32,000 nt of DNA from Candidatus Altimarinota bacterium (GCA_041659405.1 JBAZYK010000010.1:1-32000); one strand, 5' to 3'. Shown: positions 1 to 8,187, counted from the first letter of the stretch. The notes: generated from the letters alone by a model not told the origin. Numbers and translations: made by a program.

Positions 1-86
1 TGGAGGGAATGGTGATGATTTAGTCATCTTTCATCATCCCTCTTTTTGTTGTGGCTTAAAACCTGTTTTTTCTCTTTCCCTCAATA

Positions 87-428
87 TCAAATCCGTCTCG
101 CACTCTCGAAATCTTGGAAAGGGGTGACACAGCCCTTGTCACTTCCTGAAAATACTCTTGCTACATTTGAACCATTATAACCTTTAACCGTGAAAACCAG
201 GGTTGATCCCGAATCCATGGTGGTGGCGTTTCCGGCGGATGTTACAGTGAAATGATCCGTTGCGGCGATTGTTGCGTGTGCGAATGGCAATGATTGAAAG
301 ATCATTGATACAAGCATTACAAATATAGAAACGCGCGCCAAAGCATTTCTAAACCACGTGGAGATTTTCATTGGGAAGGTGATTAAAAAATATTTTTTTG
401 GATTTTTGAAGGGGGGAAGGGTGGCCAT
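87..428 (-). CDS. hypothetical small secreted protein
   Basis: 113-aa ORF. The internal Met at 371 gives MKISTWFRNALARVSIFVMLVSMIFQSLPFAHA, a basic-n/hydrophobic-h/AxA signal-peptide pattern, followed by a Thr/Ser/Gly-rich segment. No family recognised, and the true start (428 vs 371) is uncertain. Confidence 0.45.
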   Translation of the reverse strand: MATLPPFKNPKKYFLITFPMKISTWFRNALARVSIFVMLVSMIFQSLPFAHATIAATDHFTVTSAGNATTMDSGSTLVFTVKGYNGSNVARVFSGSDKGCVTPFQDFESARRI

Positions 429-914
429 TTAAGGCCATTTCACATGTTCGTCCAATTGTGGTTTGTTATCAAGAACTTAGTGCTGACAAATTGTGTGTGT
501 GTTTTGTAATTTTGGTGGACTTGTCTTTAGTTGCTCAGTTCGTTTAATATACTTACAGTTTTAATTTTTTCTATGAAACTTCGAACTCAATTTTTTTTGG
601 CGCACTTTGCAATTGTTCTTGGATTTTTGGTGCTGATTTATTTTATGGTTTTTAAGCGTTAACTTGAATCGCGGAAATAATGAAATGGCCAAAATTAAAT
701 TGGCTTATTTGAGACAAAATATGGGCATTCCCGCCGTCCCGTCCCGGAAATCCCGAATACGCAAGAAACTGTTCAACTTGTCAAAAAAACGGATCATGAG
801 TCTTTTGCAGCTCAGATAGTTGCAAGTAGGCGTTTTTTCTGTTATTCTATCTTTCCCAAATAGCAAAAAGTGCTATCTTCCGTCATTGGGACGCATATTT
901 AAGTCGATTATTTT

Positions 915-1220
915 TTGAAGTTTATGAAAAGTGTTATTGATAAAAGTCATACACCGGCCAATGATGTGAGTAAAGTTGTAGACTTGAAAAGTGAATTGCG
1001 GCTTTTGAAAGCGATGGATGTTGCGCTGGATCATGCTGAAGACATAGATGAAATAAGGTTAATTGAAGAGTATTTTAAAAATAGATTAAACGTGATTTTA
1101 AACTCGGATTTTGAAAAATCTGAAAGGACGTATAGAATCTTTGAGAGGCTTGCCAGAAATGCAGCCCGTGCAATCAACCTTAATGGGAAAAGGTCAACGC
1201 ACCTTAGCATTGTTAAGTAA
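915..1220 (+). CDS. hypothetical helical protein
   Basis: 101-aa ORF starting at TTG 915, with ATG available at 924. It ends 7 nt before the ArfB-like gene on the same strand. No motif recognised. Confidence 0.4.
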   Translation: MKFMKSVIDKSHTPANDVSKVVDLKSELRLLKAMDVALDHAEDIDEIRLIEEYFKNRLNVILNSDFEKSERTYRIFERLARNAARAINLNGKRSTHLSIVK

Positions 1221-1226
1221 TTTAAA

Positions 1227-1622
1227 ATGGATTTTCCTGTTGAATTATCGCCGCCGTTACTGGAAAAAGCGCGTTTGTTAAATGTGCGTGCGGAGGATAT
1301 TACGGAGCAGTTTGTGCGCGGAAGTGGCAAAGGTGGCCAGAAGATCAATAAAACGTCTTCGTGCGTGGTGGTTAGGCATTTGCCAACCGGCATTGAGGTT
1401 CGTTGCCAAAAGCATAGGGAGCAGAGCAAAAATCGGCTTTCGGCTTATAAATTGCTGATTTTGAAAATTGAGGATCAGGTTAAGGGCAGGCAATCGCAAA
1501 GAGCCCAGGCTATTTTCAAGTTAAAAAAGCAGAAAAAACGCCGCAGCAGAAAGTCCAAGGAAAAGATGCTGGAAGGCAAAAAAATGCGCTCGGAGATCAA
1601 GCAAAACAGGGCTTCTCTTTAA
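1227..1622 (+). CDS. arfB: ArfB/YaeJ-like peptidyl-tRNA hydrolase (class I release-factor GGQ domain, no codon-recognition domains)
   Basis: 131 aa with SGKGGQKINKTSSCVVVRHLPTGIEV, the RF-1 family GGQ catalytic motif. The C-terminal tail is strongly Lys/Arg-rich (KLKKQKKRRSRKSKEK), the same architecture as E. coli ArfB. Confidence 0.75.
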   Translation: MDFPVELSPPLLEKARLLNVRAEDITEQFVRGSGKGGQKINKTSSCVVVRHLPTGIEVRCQKHREQSKNRLSAYKLLILKIEDQVKGRQSQRAQAIFKLKKQKKRRSRKSKEKMLEGKKMRSEIKQNRASL

Positions 1623-1705
1623 TAAATTTTGGCAAAAATGGGGAAATTTTGTTTCGCTGTAATGGGCGAGCCTTTTTCGGCTTATCCTAAGTGGGGAGAA
1701 TAGAT

Positions 1706-1734
1706 TTGACAAATTGCGTATAGTTTAGCATAAT
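1706..1734 (+). promoter_or_regulatory. sigma-70-type promoter upstream of the ECF sigma gene
   Basis: TTGACA (1706-1711), 17-nt spacer, CATAAT (1729-1734), located 34 nt upstream of the GTG start at 1768. Confidence 0.5.
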
Positions 1735-1767
1735 GGCACCTCGTATTTATGTCTTTAGGGCTAAATT

Positions 1768-2304
1768 GTGCTAGACCAAGAACAAAAACTCGTTGAAGAT
1801 GCCAAGCTAAACTCTGAAAAGTTTGTGCTGCTCTATGATAAGTATTTTGATCAGATTTTCAGATATGTTTATCGTCGTGTGAGTGATAAAGACGCTGTTG
1901 AAGATTTGGTTAGTCAAACTTTTTATGACGCGCTTGCTCATCTGAAAAGTTTTGAGTGGAGAGGTTTTCCTTTTTCTTCCTGGCTTTATAAAATCGCGCA
2001 TAACAATGTTTTGAAGTGGTATCGCCAGAATCAAAAAACACAGGCGGTTGATCTGGATAAGGTGCATGAAATTGTTGATCTTCAGCCAACTCAGGATCAA
2101 GAAGCGATGCAAAAAGAGGAGGAACATGAGATTCAACAGGTTATGCAGCAACTTGATCCGGAAGAAAGAGAAATTATTAGATTAAAATATTTTGAAGGAG
2201 TATCGAATATTGAGATCGCGGAAATTATGGGATTAAGCGCGAATCACATTGGAGTTAAGGTTTATCGCACATTAAAAAAAGCTAAACAATTATTAAAAAC
2301 TTAA
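1768..2304 (+). CDS. ECF-type RNA polymerase sigma factor (sigma-70 family, regions 2 and 4)
   Basis: Region 2-like FRYVYRRV...DLVSQTFYDAL...FSSWLYKIAHNNVLKWYRQ. Region 4 HTH EREIIRLKYFEGVSNIEIAEIMGLSANHIGVKVYRTLKKAKQLL. 178 aa. Confidence 0.9.
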   Translation: MLDQEQKLVEDAKLNSEKFVLLYDKYFDQIFRYVYRRVSDKDAVEDLVSQTFYDALAHLKSFEWRGFPFSSWLYKIAHNNVLKWYRQNQKTQAVDLDKVHEIVDLQPTQDQEAMQKEEEHEIQQVMQQLDPEEREIIRLKYFEGVSNIEIAEIMGLSANHIGVKVYRTLKKAKQLLKT

Positions 2305-2306
2305 TT

Positions 2307-3647
2307 ATGTCACGTCCGGTTGGAAGATATTTTGCGTCTGTAATCAGTAAGATTCAGGAATATAAGCGCCAGGAAAATATAGTGCTTGATCCTGATCTTA
2401 AAGCCCGTTTAAGGGCGAATTTGATTGCTAAAATTCAAGGAGTCGCAGGCGGTGCGAATATGCAGTTTGCTGCTGTGGCAGCGGATACAATAGCCGTTTC
2501 CGTGAGTGTTCCAAAAACAATGAGTGCACGGTTTAATCCTGTAGAAGAGGCCTCTCCATCTTTGGCGCAGATTTTTCCTGAGGAACAAGAGCTTCCCGGT
2601 GAAAGTGGTCCTGTTGGGTCAATTTTGGATAAAGAAGTGGAAGATGGTTCGGGTTTGAATCCACAATTTGCGGAAGTTACGGAGGAAAATGGGTTTATTG
2701 AAAGTTTCATGAAATGGAAATATCAGTTGGCTTTAATTCCAGCGTTTTTGTTGGTTGTTGTTGTGGTTTTGGCGGCAAGAAGATTGCCGGTAGATTTTTC
2801 GACGAAAACTCAAGAGGTTGGTTCTTCACAAAACCAGCAAACGGAGATTGCTCAGACTACTCAACCCCAAACTCAGGCTCAACAAGCGCAAACGGGGTTG
2901 GCACAGCCACAAACGGAGGCTCAAGTTAAACCTTTGTCACAGCTTTTACCTAATTTAAATCAGGGGAACAGTTTGCCATCACAAGATTCAAACGAAACTT
3001 TTACGCAAAATGTGCAATCAATTCCGAGCTATACTCAGCCATTAAACACACCTGTTGCAACTGCGCCAAGTCAGCCTGTTACGACTACCCAAAATCAACC
3101 GATGACTACGCCAAGGGTGCAGACTCCCGGGCCGGAAGTGGCGGTTCCTGCCACAACCGGTGACCCCTTGGATATTGTGAAAATAAATAATCTTGTAAGT
3201 GTGAAAGTTTATTATAAAAATGATTTCACCGGTGCGCAAAAAACTTTGTTCGAACAGGAAAATTTAATTCCTTTGCTTTCAAATCAAACGGTTTCTTATG
3301 TGATTGTTAGAGATGGCGGCAGCGGAAAGACGATCGTTGATGTGTATAAAAATGGCGGAACTTATTCCCGTTATAATTATGTTTATAATTCAAGATTAAA
3401 TGTTTGGAGCAGAACCGGAGCTTCAAGTTTGCCGGTACAACAAGCGCCAATTCCGGCGGCGACTACTGCAACAACAACTACTGCAACAACAACTACTGCA
3501 ACAACCACTACAACGGCTCAGCCACCTATACAAGTTGCGCCTCAACCTCAACAAACATTCATTCCGTATCAAATAATTCAGGGGGCATCATTCGAATATA
3601 CTCTCTCGCAGAATTCCGTTATTAACTACACCCGCGTAAATCCATAA
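2307..3647 (+). CDS. single-pass membrane protein, putative cognate anti-sigma factor with a Gln/Thr/Pro-rich extracytoplasmic region
   Basis: Starts 2 nt after the sigma gene stop. One TM helix (YQLALIPAFLLVVVVVLAARRL) lies about 140 aa in, followed by QTQ/PQT low complexity and a (TTATT)3 run. No ZAS HxxxCxxC motif, so the anti-sigma role rests on position and topology only. Confidence 0.6.
   Translation: MSRPVGRYFASVISKIQEYKRQENIVLDPDLKARLRANLIAKIQGVAGGANMQFAAVAADTIAVSVSVPKTMSARFNPVEEASPSLAQIFPEEQELPGESGPVGSILDKEVEDGSGLNPQFAEVTEENGFIESFMKWKYQLALIPAFLLVVVVVLAARRLPVDFSTKTQEVGSSQNQQTEIAQTTQPQTQAQQAQTGLAQPQTEAQVKPLSQLLPNLNQGNSLPSQDSNETFTQNVQSIPSYTQPLNTPVATAPSQPVTTTQNQPMTTPRVQTPGPEVAVPATTGDPLDIVKINNLVSVKVYYKNDFTGAQKTLFEQENLIPLLSNQTVSYVIVRDGGSGKTIVDVYKNGGTYSRYNYVYNSRLNVWSRTGASSLPVQQAPIPAATTATTTTATTTTATTTTTAQPPIQVAPQPQQTFIPYQIIQGASFEYTLSQNSVINYTRVNP
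3462..3506 (+). repeat. 3 x 15-bp in-frame tandem repeat (ACTACTGCAACAACA)
   Basis: Two perfect copies at 3462-3476 and 3477-3491, and a third at 3492-3506 with one substitution. Encodes TTATT x3 inside ORF 2307..3647. Confidence 0.9.
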
Positions 3648-5003
3648 AAAAATCATGATTTGCGGGAAGAGCAGGCTGTTCACAAAAGTTGCGTGTACAA
3701 TTAAGGCGATTGTTCCACTAAAGAGTCCCAGTCCGAGGGCTTTTTTGAAAGGTGGGCTGGTTTTGTTTTTCCAGGAAAGGAAAGAACTTTTGAGTAGCTG
3801 CCAATAAAGCAGGAGGAAAGGGATAATTCCAAGGATGCCGGTGGTGGCTAAAATTGTTAAAATGCTTGAATCGGAGCCGCTGGCGGAGTGAATATCCGTT
3901 TCCGAAACGAATCCTTCGTCGAATTTTACGTAGCGCAAAGTGTTGTATCCGCTGCCAAAAATTGGGCGTTTTTGGATTAAGCTGAGCGTTTGATTCCAGG
4001 ATTGTATGCGCAGTTGAGCGGTTGGATCGGCGTTGGTTGAACTGTTGGTGATGAATGCGGTAATGCTTTGTGTGAGTTCTCCAACGCGTTGTTGGGCTCT
4101 TAATGATAAAGAAAGACCCAAGATGGCAATCAGAATGCTAATAATGATAAGTTTGCGCGATTTGAGGATGCCAAGGACTAACAGGCCTGCTGCAAAGGCG
4201 ATGTATGCGGAGCGTGAATAGGTTAGAAAAAGGGCGACGCCAAGAATCGAAATAACTATTAGCAGGAGAATTTTTTGGTTGAGTCTTTTTGTATAAAGAA
4301 GATGGGCCAGGATAATCATCAGCATGAAAGCCAAAAAGCCGCCGATGAAATTTGGGTCGAGCCAGGTGGAAACAAGGCGATATTTGTGTGGATCCCAGCC
4401 AAATTCGACCAGGTTGCCAAGGTCCGGATAAACCAGAAGTTGAATGAAGCCGCCAATCGCAAGGAGCACTGCGGAAATAATGCTGGCCAAAATAATGTGG
4501 TCGATTTGTTTTTTGGAATTAACCAGGTCGGGAATTGTTAAGGCCAGAAGCGTGTATTCAATAAATCTGACCAGGTAAAATGATCCGGAAAGAACGTCGG
4601 TCGGTTTTAGAAAGAGTAAACTTTGGATGAGCGAAAAAATGCCGATAAGGCTGAAAAACAGCAGTGGTTTGCTGAAAATATTGGGCTGCATTTCTTCACT
4701 GGTGAGAATCTTTTTGATTAACCAGATGCCAATAAAAAGGGCGATGATTAAATCGCTTAGCAGAATGCCGTTTTCGCCGAGGTAGGGGATGCGGCTTAGT
4801 TCGCCAATTACAGGCAAAAACAGGATTACGTAAATTCCCCATAAAGGTTTTTTCCAAAAAAGAATGGCTGCTGCAGCCAGAATGCCGATTTCAAATGGCG
4901 TTGGTGATTGTGCGGCGATGAAGTAGCCGAGCATTAAGGCGGATGCGGCGGCGGCCAACCAATAAAGTCCTGTGGAAAAACGTTGTATTTGGATTTTTGG
5001 CAT
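3588..5003 (-). CDS. O-antigen ligase/polymerase family (Wzy_C-like) polytopic membrane protein
   Basis: 471 aa with about 10-12 hydrophobic helices. The central segment LTYSRSAYIAFAAGLLVLG and a following periplasmic-type loop are typical of the O-antigen ligase family. Confidence 0.75.
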   Translation of the reverse strand: MPKIQIQRFSTGLYWLAAAASALMLGYFIAAQSPTPFEIGILAAAAILFWKKPLWGIYVILFLPVIGELSRIPYLGENGILLSDLIIALFIGIWLIKKILTSEEMQPNIFSKPLLFFSLIGIFSLIQSLLFLKPTDVLSGSFYLVRFIEYTLLALTIPDLVNSKKQIDHIILASIISAVLLAIGGFIQLLVYPDLGNLVEFGWDPHKYRLVSTWLDPNFIGGFLAFMLMIILAHLLYTKRLNQKILLLIVISILGVALFLTYSRSAYIAFAAGLLVLGILKSRKLIIISILIAILGLSLSLRAQQRVGELTQSITAFITNSSTNADPTAQLRIQSWNQTLSLIQKRPIFGSGYNTLRYVKFDEGFVSETDIHSASGSDSSILTILATTGILGIIPFLLLYWQLLKSSFLSWKNKTSPPFKKALGLGLFSGTIALIVHATFVNSLLFPQIMIFLWIYAGVVNNGILRESIFE

Positions 5004-5076
5004 GTTGATTCGGGTTTAATCTGGCATAATGATGAGCGTAGCTATTCTTTCATTTTTTTAAGATAAAAACAATTTT

Positions 5077-5691
5077 ATGGAGAGCAGGCAACTTTTAGTG
5101 GCGACTTCAAATAAGGGAAAATTCAAGGAAATTTGCGAGATTTTGGGGCATTTGCCTTATAAAATTTTGGCTTTGCCGGATTTGGGATTAACCGGAGATT
5201 ATGAAGAAACAGGAGAAACGTTTGAGGAAAATGCCTTAGGAAAGGCCAAGTATTATGCTGAAAAATCGGGAATTATGACGATTGCCGAGGATTCGGGAAT
5301 TTTGGTGGAAGCTTTAAAAGGTGAGCTTGGGGTTAAAACAAGGCGTTGGGGAAAGGGCGAAAATGCCAATGATGAAGAATGGATCGAACATTTTTTGGAA
5401 GTGATGACACAGTTTCCGGGGGCAAAACAACGTAAGGCTTCTTTTGTTTGTTGTTCGGCGTTGGTGATTGGTGACGGTGAATCTTTTGTTTTTGAAGGTC
5501 GAACGGATGGCGTGATTACTGTTGGTTTAGAAGCGTCAATTCAACATGGATTGCCGTTAAGTTCATGTTTTATACCGGAAGGATTTGAAAAAGTTTATGC
5601 CGCACTGGCGATTGATGAAAAAAATCGCGTGAGTCATCGTGGTAAGGCAATGCAGGCTTTAAGCGACTTTTTGATGGCGAGAAAGGATTAG
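5077..5691 (+). CDS. rdgB: non-canonical purine NTP pyrophosphatase (RdgB/HAM1 family)
   Basis: LLVATSNKGKFKEI, TFEENALGKAKYYA, IAEDSGILVEAL and SHRGKAMQAL are the conserved HAM1/RdgB blocks. 204 aa. Confidence 0.9.
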   Translation: MESRQLLVATSNKGKFKEICEILGHLPYKILALPDLGLTGDYEETGETFEENALGKAKYYAEKSGIMTIAEDSGILVEALKGELGVKTRRWGKGENANDEEWIEHFLEVMTQFPGAKQRKASFVCCSALVIGDGESFVFEGRTDGVITVGLEASIQHGLPLSSCFIPEGFEKVYAALAIDEKNRVSHRGKAMQALSDFLMARKD

Positions 5692-6656
5692 GTTTTGGGC
5701 AAAGAAAGGATCGTCAGTTTAAAATTTTGGGCATTGGTTTTTGTTGAATATTTTGCTCGTGGTTTTTTAAAAACTTTCTCAATAAATCCCCACAAAAGGC
5801 CTAAACCGTAACTGATGTGAGTCAATAAAAACAGCCAGGGCATCACGAAAATCGAGCTAATTTGTTTTGAGGTTATAGCAACTTGAATTGAAAAAATAAG
5901 ATCAAGAATCAGGTAAAGTAAAAATGGAAACAGGTACCAAAGTGGGTGAAAAAAGATCAGACTGACAAGATAAAAAACAAAGGCCAGCGGGACAAAAAAG
6001 ACCGGGTTAAAGTGTGAAAGATGTTTAAGCATGTGGGCTGTTCTGCCTATGCCCCAGCGGAAAATCTGCTTTGCGTAAGCGGCAACTTTTTGACGACGAT
6101 GGTGGTAAACAAAAAAATCTTTGCTGTAGAAAAGTTTTTTATTTTGCTGGATCAGGCGATTTAATAATTCCGTTTCATCATTGCAATCAAGATTAATATC
6201 AAAAAGGTTTTGCTTTAAAATTTGGCTGCGGAAAGCCAAATTGCAGCCGGTTAAAATATTTTCGTCGGCCTTCTTTACATTTGCGGGATAATAACGAATG
6301 GCCGTTTTGAGTCCGGTAAAATAACAGGCGTGAGCATAACCAAAACAATGTTGTAAAAATGTGTCGGAAGCTGGAGTCAAATTTGGGCCTCCAATAACGT
6401 GAAAATCAGGGTTTTGTTTAAAAAGTTCCAGGACTTTTTCAATGATTCCTTGGGGGATAATCACGTCATCATCAAACAGAAAAATGTATTCACCGGTGGC
6501 TTTTTCTATACCCATATTCCTTTGAACAGAAAGATGATTTCCTTTAATTATCAGAATTTCGAATTCAATGTTGTGTGGCTGAATTTGTTTTAGGCTAGCC
6601 AAAACTTCTTCGGTGGAACGATCGGGAGCAGAGGCAATAACAATAGAAATTTTCAT
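5688..6656 (-). CDS. family 2 glycosyltransferase with C-terminal membrane anchor
   Basis: N-terminal GT-A fold signature (MKISIVIASAPDRS..., acidic FLFDDDV DxD-like motif). C-terminal hydrophobic helices (FFVPLAFVFYLVSLIFF, LFPFLLYLILDLIF, FVMPWLFLLTHISYGLGLLWGF). Confidence 0.85.
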   Translation of the reverse strand: MKISIVIASAPDRSTEEVLASLKQIQPHNIEFEILIIKGNHLSVQRNMGIEKATGEYIFLFDDDVIIPQGIIEKVLELFKQNPDFHVIGGPNLTPASDTFLQHCFGYAHACYFTGLKTAIRYYPANVKKADENILTGCNLAFRSQILKQNLFDINLDCNDETELLNRLIQQNKKLFYSKDFFVYHHRRQKVAAYAKQIFRWGIGRTAHMLKHLSHFNPVFFVPLAFVFYLVSLIFFHPLWYLFPFLLYLILDLIFSIQVAITSKQISSIFVMPWLFLLTHISYGLGLLWGFIEKVFKKPRAKYSTKTNAQNFKLTILSLPKT

Positions 6657-6678
6657 GAAAATTAGCGTGTGATGATTC

Positions 6679-7422
6679 TTACTTCTTGAAAATATACTGT
6701 TTGAATCTTAATTTGAAGGCGCTAAATATAAATTCGAAGGCGTCTTTTAAGCCAAGTTTGGAAAATCCTTTTTTGCGATCCGGAAAATTGATGGGAATTT
6801 CGATAATGGAAATTTGTTTTTTTGTAGCCGCGTGGAGAAGATCCATTTGAAAGGCGTAGCCATTTGATTTGAGGGCGTCAAGATTGAAACTTTCCAGAAA
6901 AGCTCTGGAAATACAGCGAAACCCGGAAGTGCAATCCTTGATATTATCAATTCCGGCAATGTTTCTGGCCACAAAATTGGCAATTTTGGAAATTAATTTA
7001 CGTTTTTTATCCCAGTGTATTTTTTGTTCGGTGGAGAGATAGCGTGAACCAATAATAAATTGATAATTCTGTTCGGCTTTTTCTAAAAAACGGGGGAGAT
7101 CTTCCGGATTATGTTGCCCATCGGCGTCCATTTCCAAAATATAATCACAGGGAATGTTTTGAAGTGCGTATTTGAATCCGCGGATATAGGCTTTGCCAAG
7201 CCCTTCTTTTGGGCCATTCAAAAGATGGATATTGTGATGAAGCTTTTGAAGTTTTTTAACGACATCGGAAGTTTGATCAGGCGAATGATCATCCACAATT
7301 AAAATATCCAGTTCCCAATTGGTGATTTTGGAGGAAACTTTTTTTATTTTTAGCAAAAGTTCCTCGATATTTTCGCGTTCGTTGTAGGTCGGAATAACAA
7401 CACAGGCTTTTAATTTTCTCAT
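6679..7422 (-). CDS. polyprenol-phosphate mannose/glucose synthase-like GT2 (Dpm1/Ppm1 family)
   Basis: VVIPTYNERENIEELL, ILIVDDHSPDQTSDVV, YILEMDADGQHNPEDLPRF, and size 247 aa match the dolichol/polyprenol-phosphate glycosyltransferase subfamily. Confidence 0.85.
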   Translation of the reverse strand: MRKLKACVVIPTYNERENIEELLLKIKKVSSKITNWELDILIVDDHSPDQTSDVVKKLQKLHHNIHLLNGPKEGLGKAYIRGFKYALQNIPCDYILEMDADGQHNPEDLPRFLEKAEQNYQFIIGSRYLSTEQKIHWDKKRKLISKIANFVARNIAGIDNIKDCTSGFRCISRAFLESFNLDALKSNGYAFQMDLLHAATKKQISIIEIPINFPDRKKGFSKLGLKDAFEFIFSAFKLRFKQYIFKK

Positions 7423-7468
7423 CTTTCTTTTATGCTAGGGATACTTTAATCTTATTTTATACGAAGCA

Positions 7469-8035
7469 ATGGAGCAAAAAGTTCAAAAAGTGTTGGAAGA
7501 GTTGGAGGTTACCGGTAAGCAGTCAAATTTTTGGAATGTGCCCAGAACTACGGGATTGTTTTTGAATTTGATGGTTAAGTTGTTGAAGGCGAAAAACGTT
7601 TTGGAAATCGGCACTTCAAACGGTTATTCCGGTATCTTTTTTGCAGAGGCATTATCTCATACGGGGGGCAGGTTGTATACAGTGGAATCACATAAAGAGC
7701 GCTTTGCGCTGGCCAGTGCGAATTTCGAAAAATCGGGATTGCAGAATGGAATCGAACAGATTTTTGGTCATGCTCCGGAAGTTTTTAGAGATGTTGAAAA
7801 ACTGCAAAATATTGAATTTGATTTGGCTTTTGTGGATGCCACCAAAATGGAATACAAAAGTTATATTGAAGCGTTCTGGCCTTTGTTGAAAAAGGGAGGG
7901 CTTATTATTGCTGATAATTCGACTTCGCATGGCAAAGAAATGAAGCCGTATCTGGATTTTGTGAGTGAAAATTCGGAAATGCAGAGTGTGCTGTTGCCGG
8001 TTGATAATGGGTTGATGCTGACGTATAAGGTTTAG
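7469..8035 (+). CDS. class I SAM-dependent O-methyltransferase (family 3, caffeoyl-CoA OMT/YrrM-like)
   Basis: Motif I VLEIGTSNGYSGIFFA, then GRLYTVESHKERFALASANF, FDLAFVDATKMEYKSY and GGLIIADN. 188 aa. Confidence 0.85.
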   Translation: MEQKVQKVLEELEVTGKQSNFWNVPRTTGLFLNLMVKLLKAKNVLEIGTSNGYSGIFFAEALSHTGGRLYTVESHKERFALASANFEKSGLQNGIEQIFGHAPEVFRDVEKLQNIEFDLAFVDATKMEYKSYIEAFWPLLKKGGLIIADNSTSHGKEMKPYLDFVSENSEMQSVLLPVDNGLMLTYKV

Positions 8036-8187
8036 TTTTTGGAACAGATGTTTTTGGGCGAACGCTTCGCCTGTTCGCTGCGGCTAGCATGTACGCCTCC
8101 GCGAAAGTCTCGCATCATGATGCTCGACTGGCTGCGCTCGCAAATGTCGCTCAAAAACATCTGTTCCAAAAACTTTAATAAACCTTA
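8026..8187. repeat. GC-rich inverted-repeat (MITE-like / long hairpin) element between convergent genes
   Basis: Perfect 23-bp arms at 8034-8056 (AGTTTTTGGAACAGATGTTTTTG) and 8152-8174 (its exact reverse complement). They are extended by TAAGGTTT 8026-8033 / AAACCTTA 8180-8187 across a 5-nt bulge. The 95-bp core 8057-8151 has 58 G+C by hand count. Confidence 0.85.

Noticed and set aside
1-27. Possible minus-strand gene start (ATG at 27, MTKSSPFPP...) running off the left edge
   Set aside because: Only 9 codons are visible, which is too little to support a call.
492-501. (TG)5 microsatellite
   Set aside because: It is too short to be meaningful by itself and is mentioned only as part of the ORF-less region.
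573-819. Mini-ORFs 573..662 (29 aa, hydrophobic) and 721..819 (32 aa, basic) as annotated genes
   Set aside because: There is no recognisable ribosome-binding context or homology I can verify. I kept them only as a note within the ORF-less-region finding.
1031-1712. Minus-strand ORFs 1031..1429, 1278..1499 and 1521..1712
   Set aside because: They are antisense to the GGQ-domain gene and its upstream ORF, or span intergenic DNA. They have no motifs and look like shadow ORFs.
7905-8090. ORF 7905..8090 (-) crossing into the inverted-repeat element
   Set aside because: It is antisense to the 3' end of the well-supported methyltransferase and reads through the left hairpin arm and part of the core. 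It is not credible as a gene.
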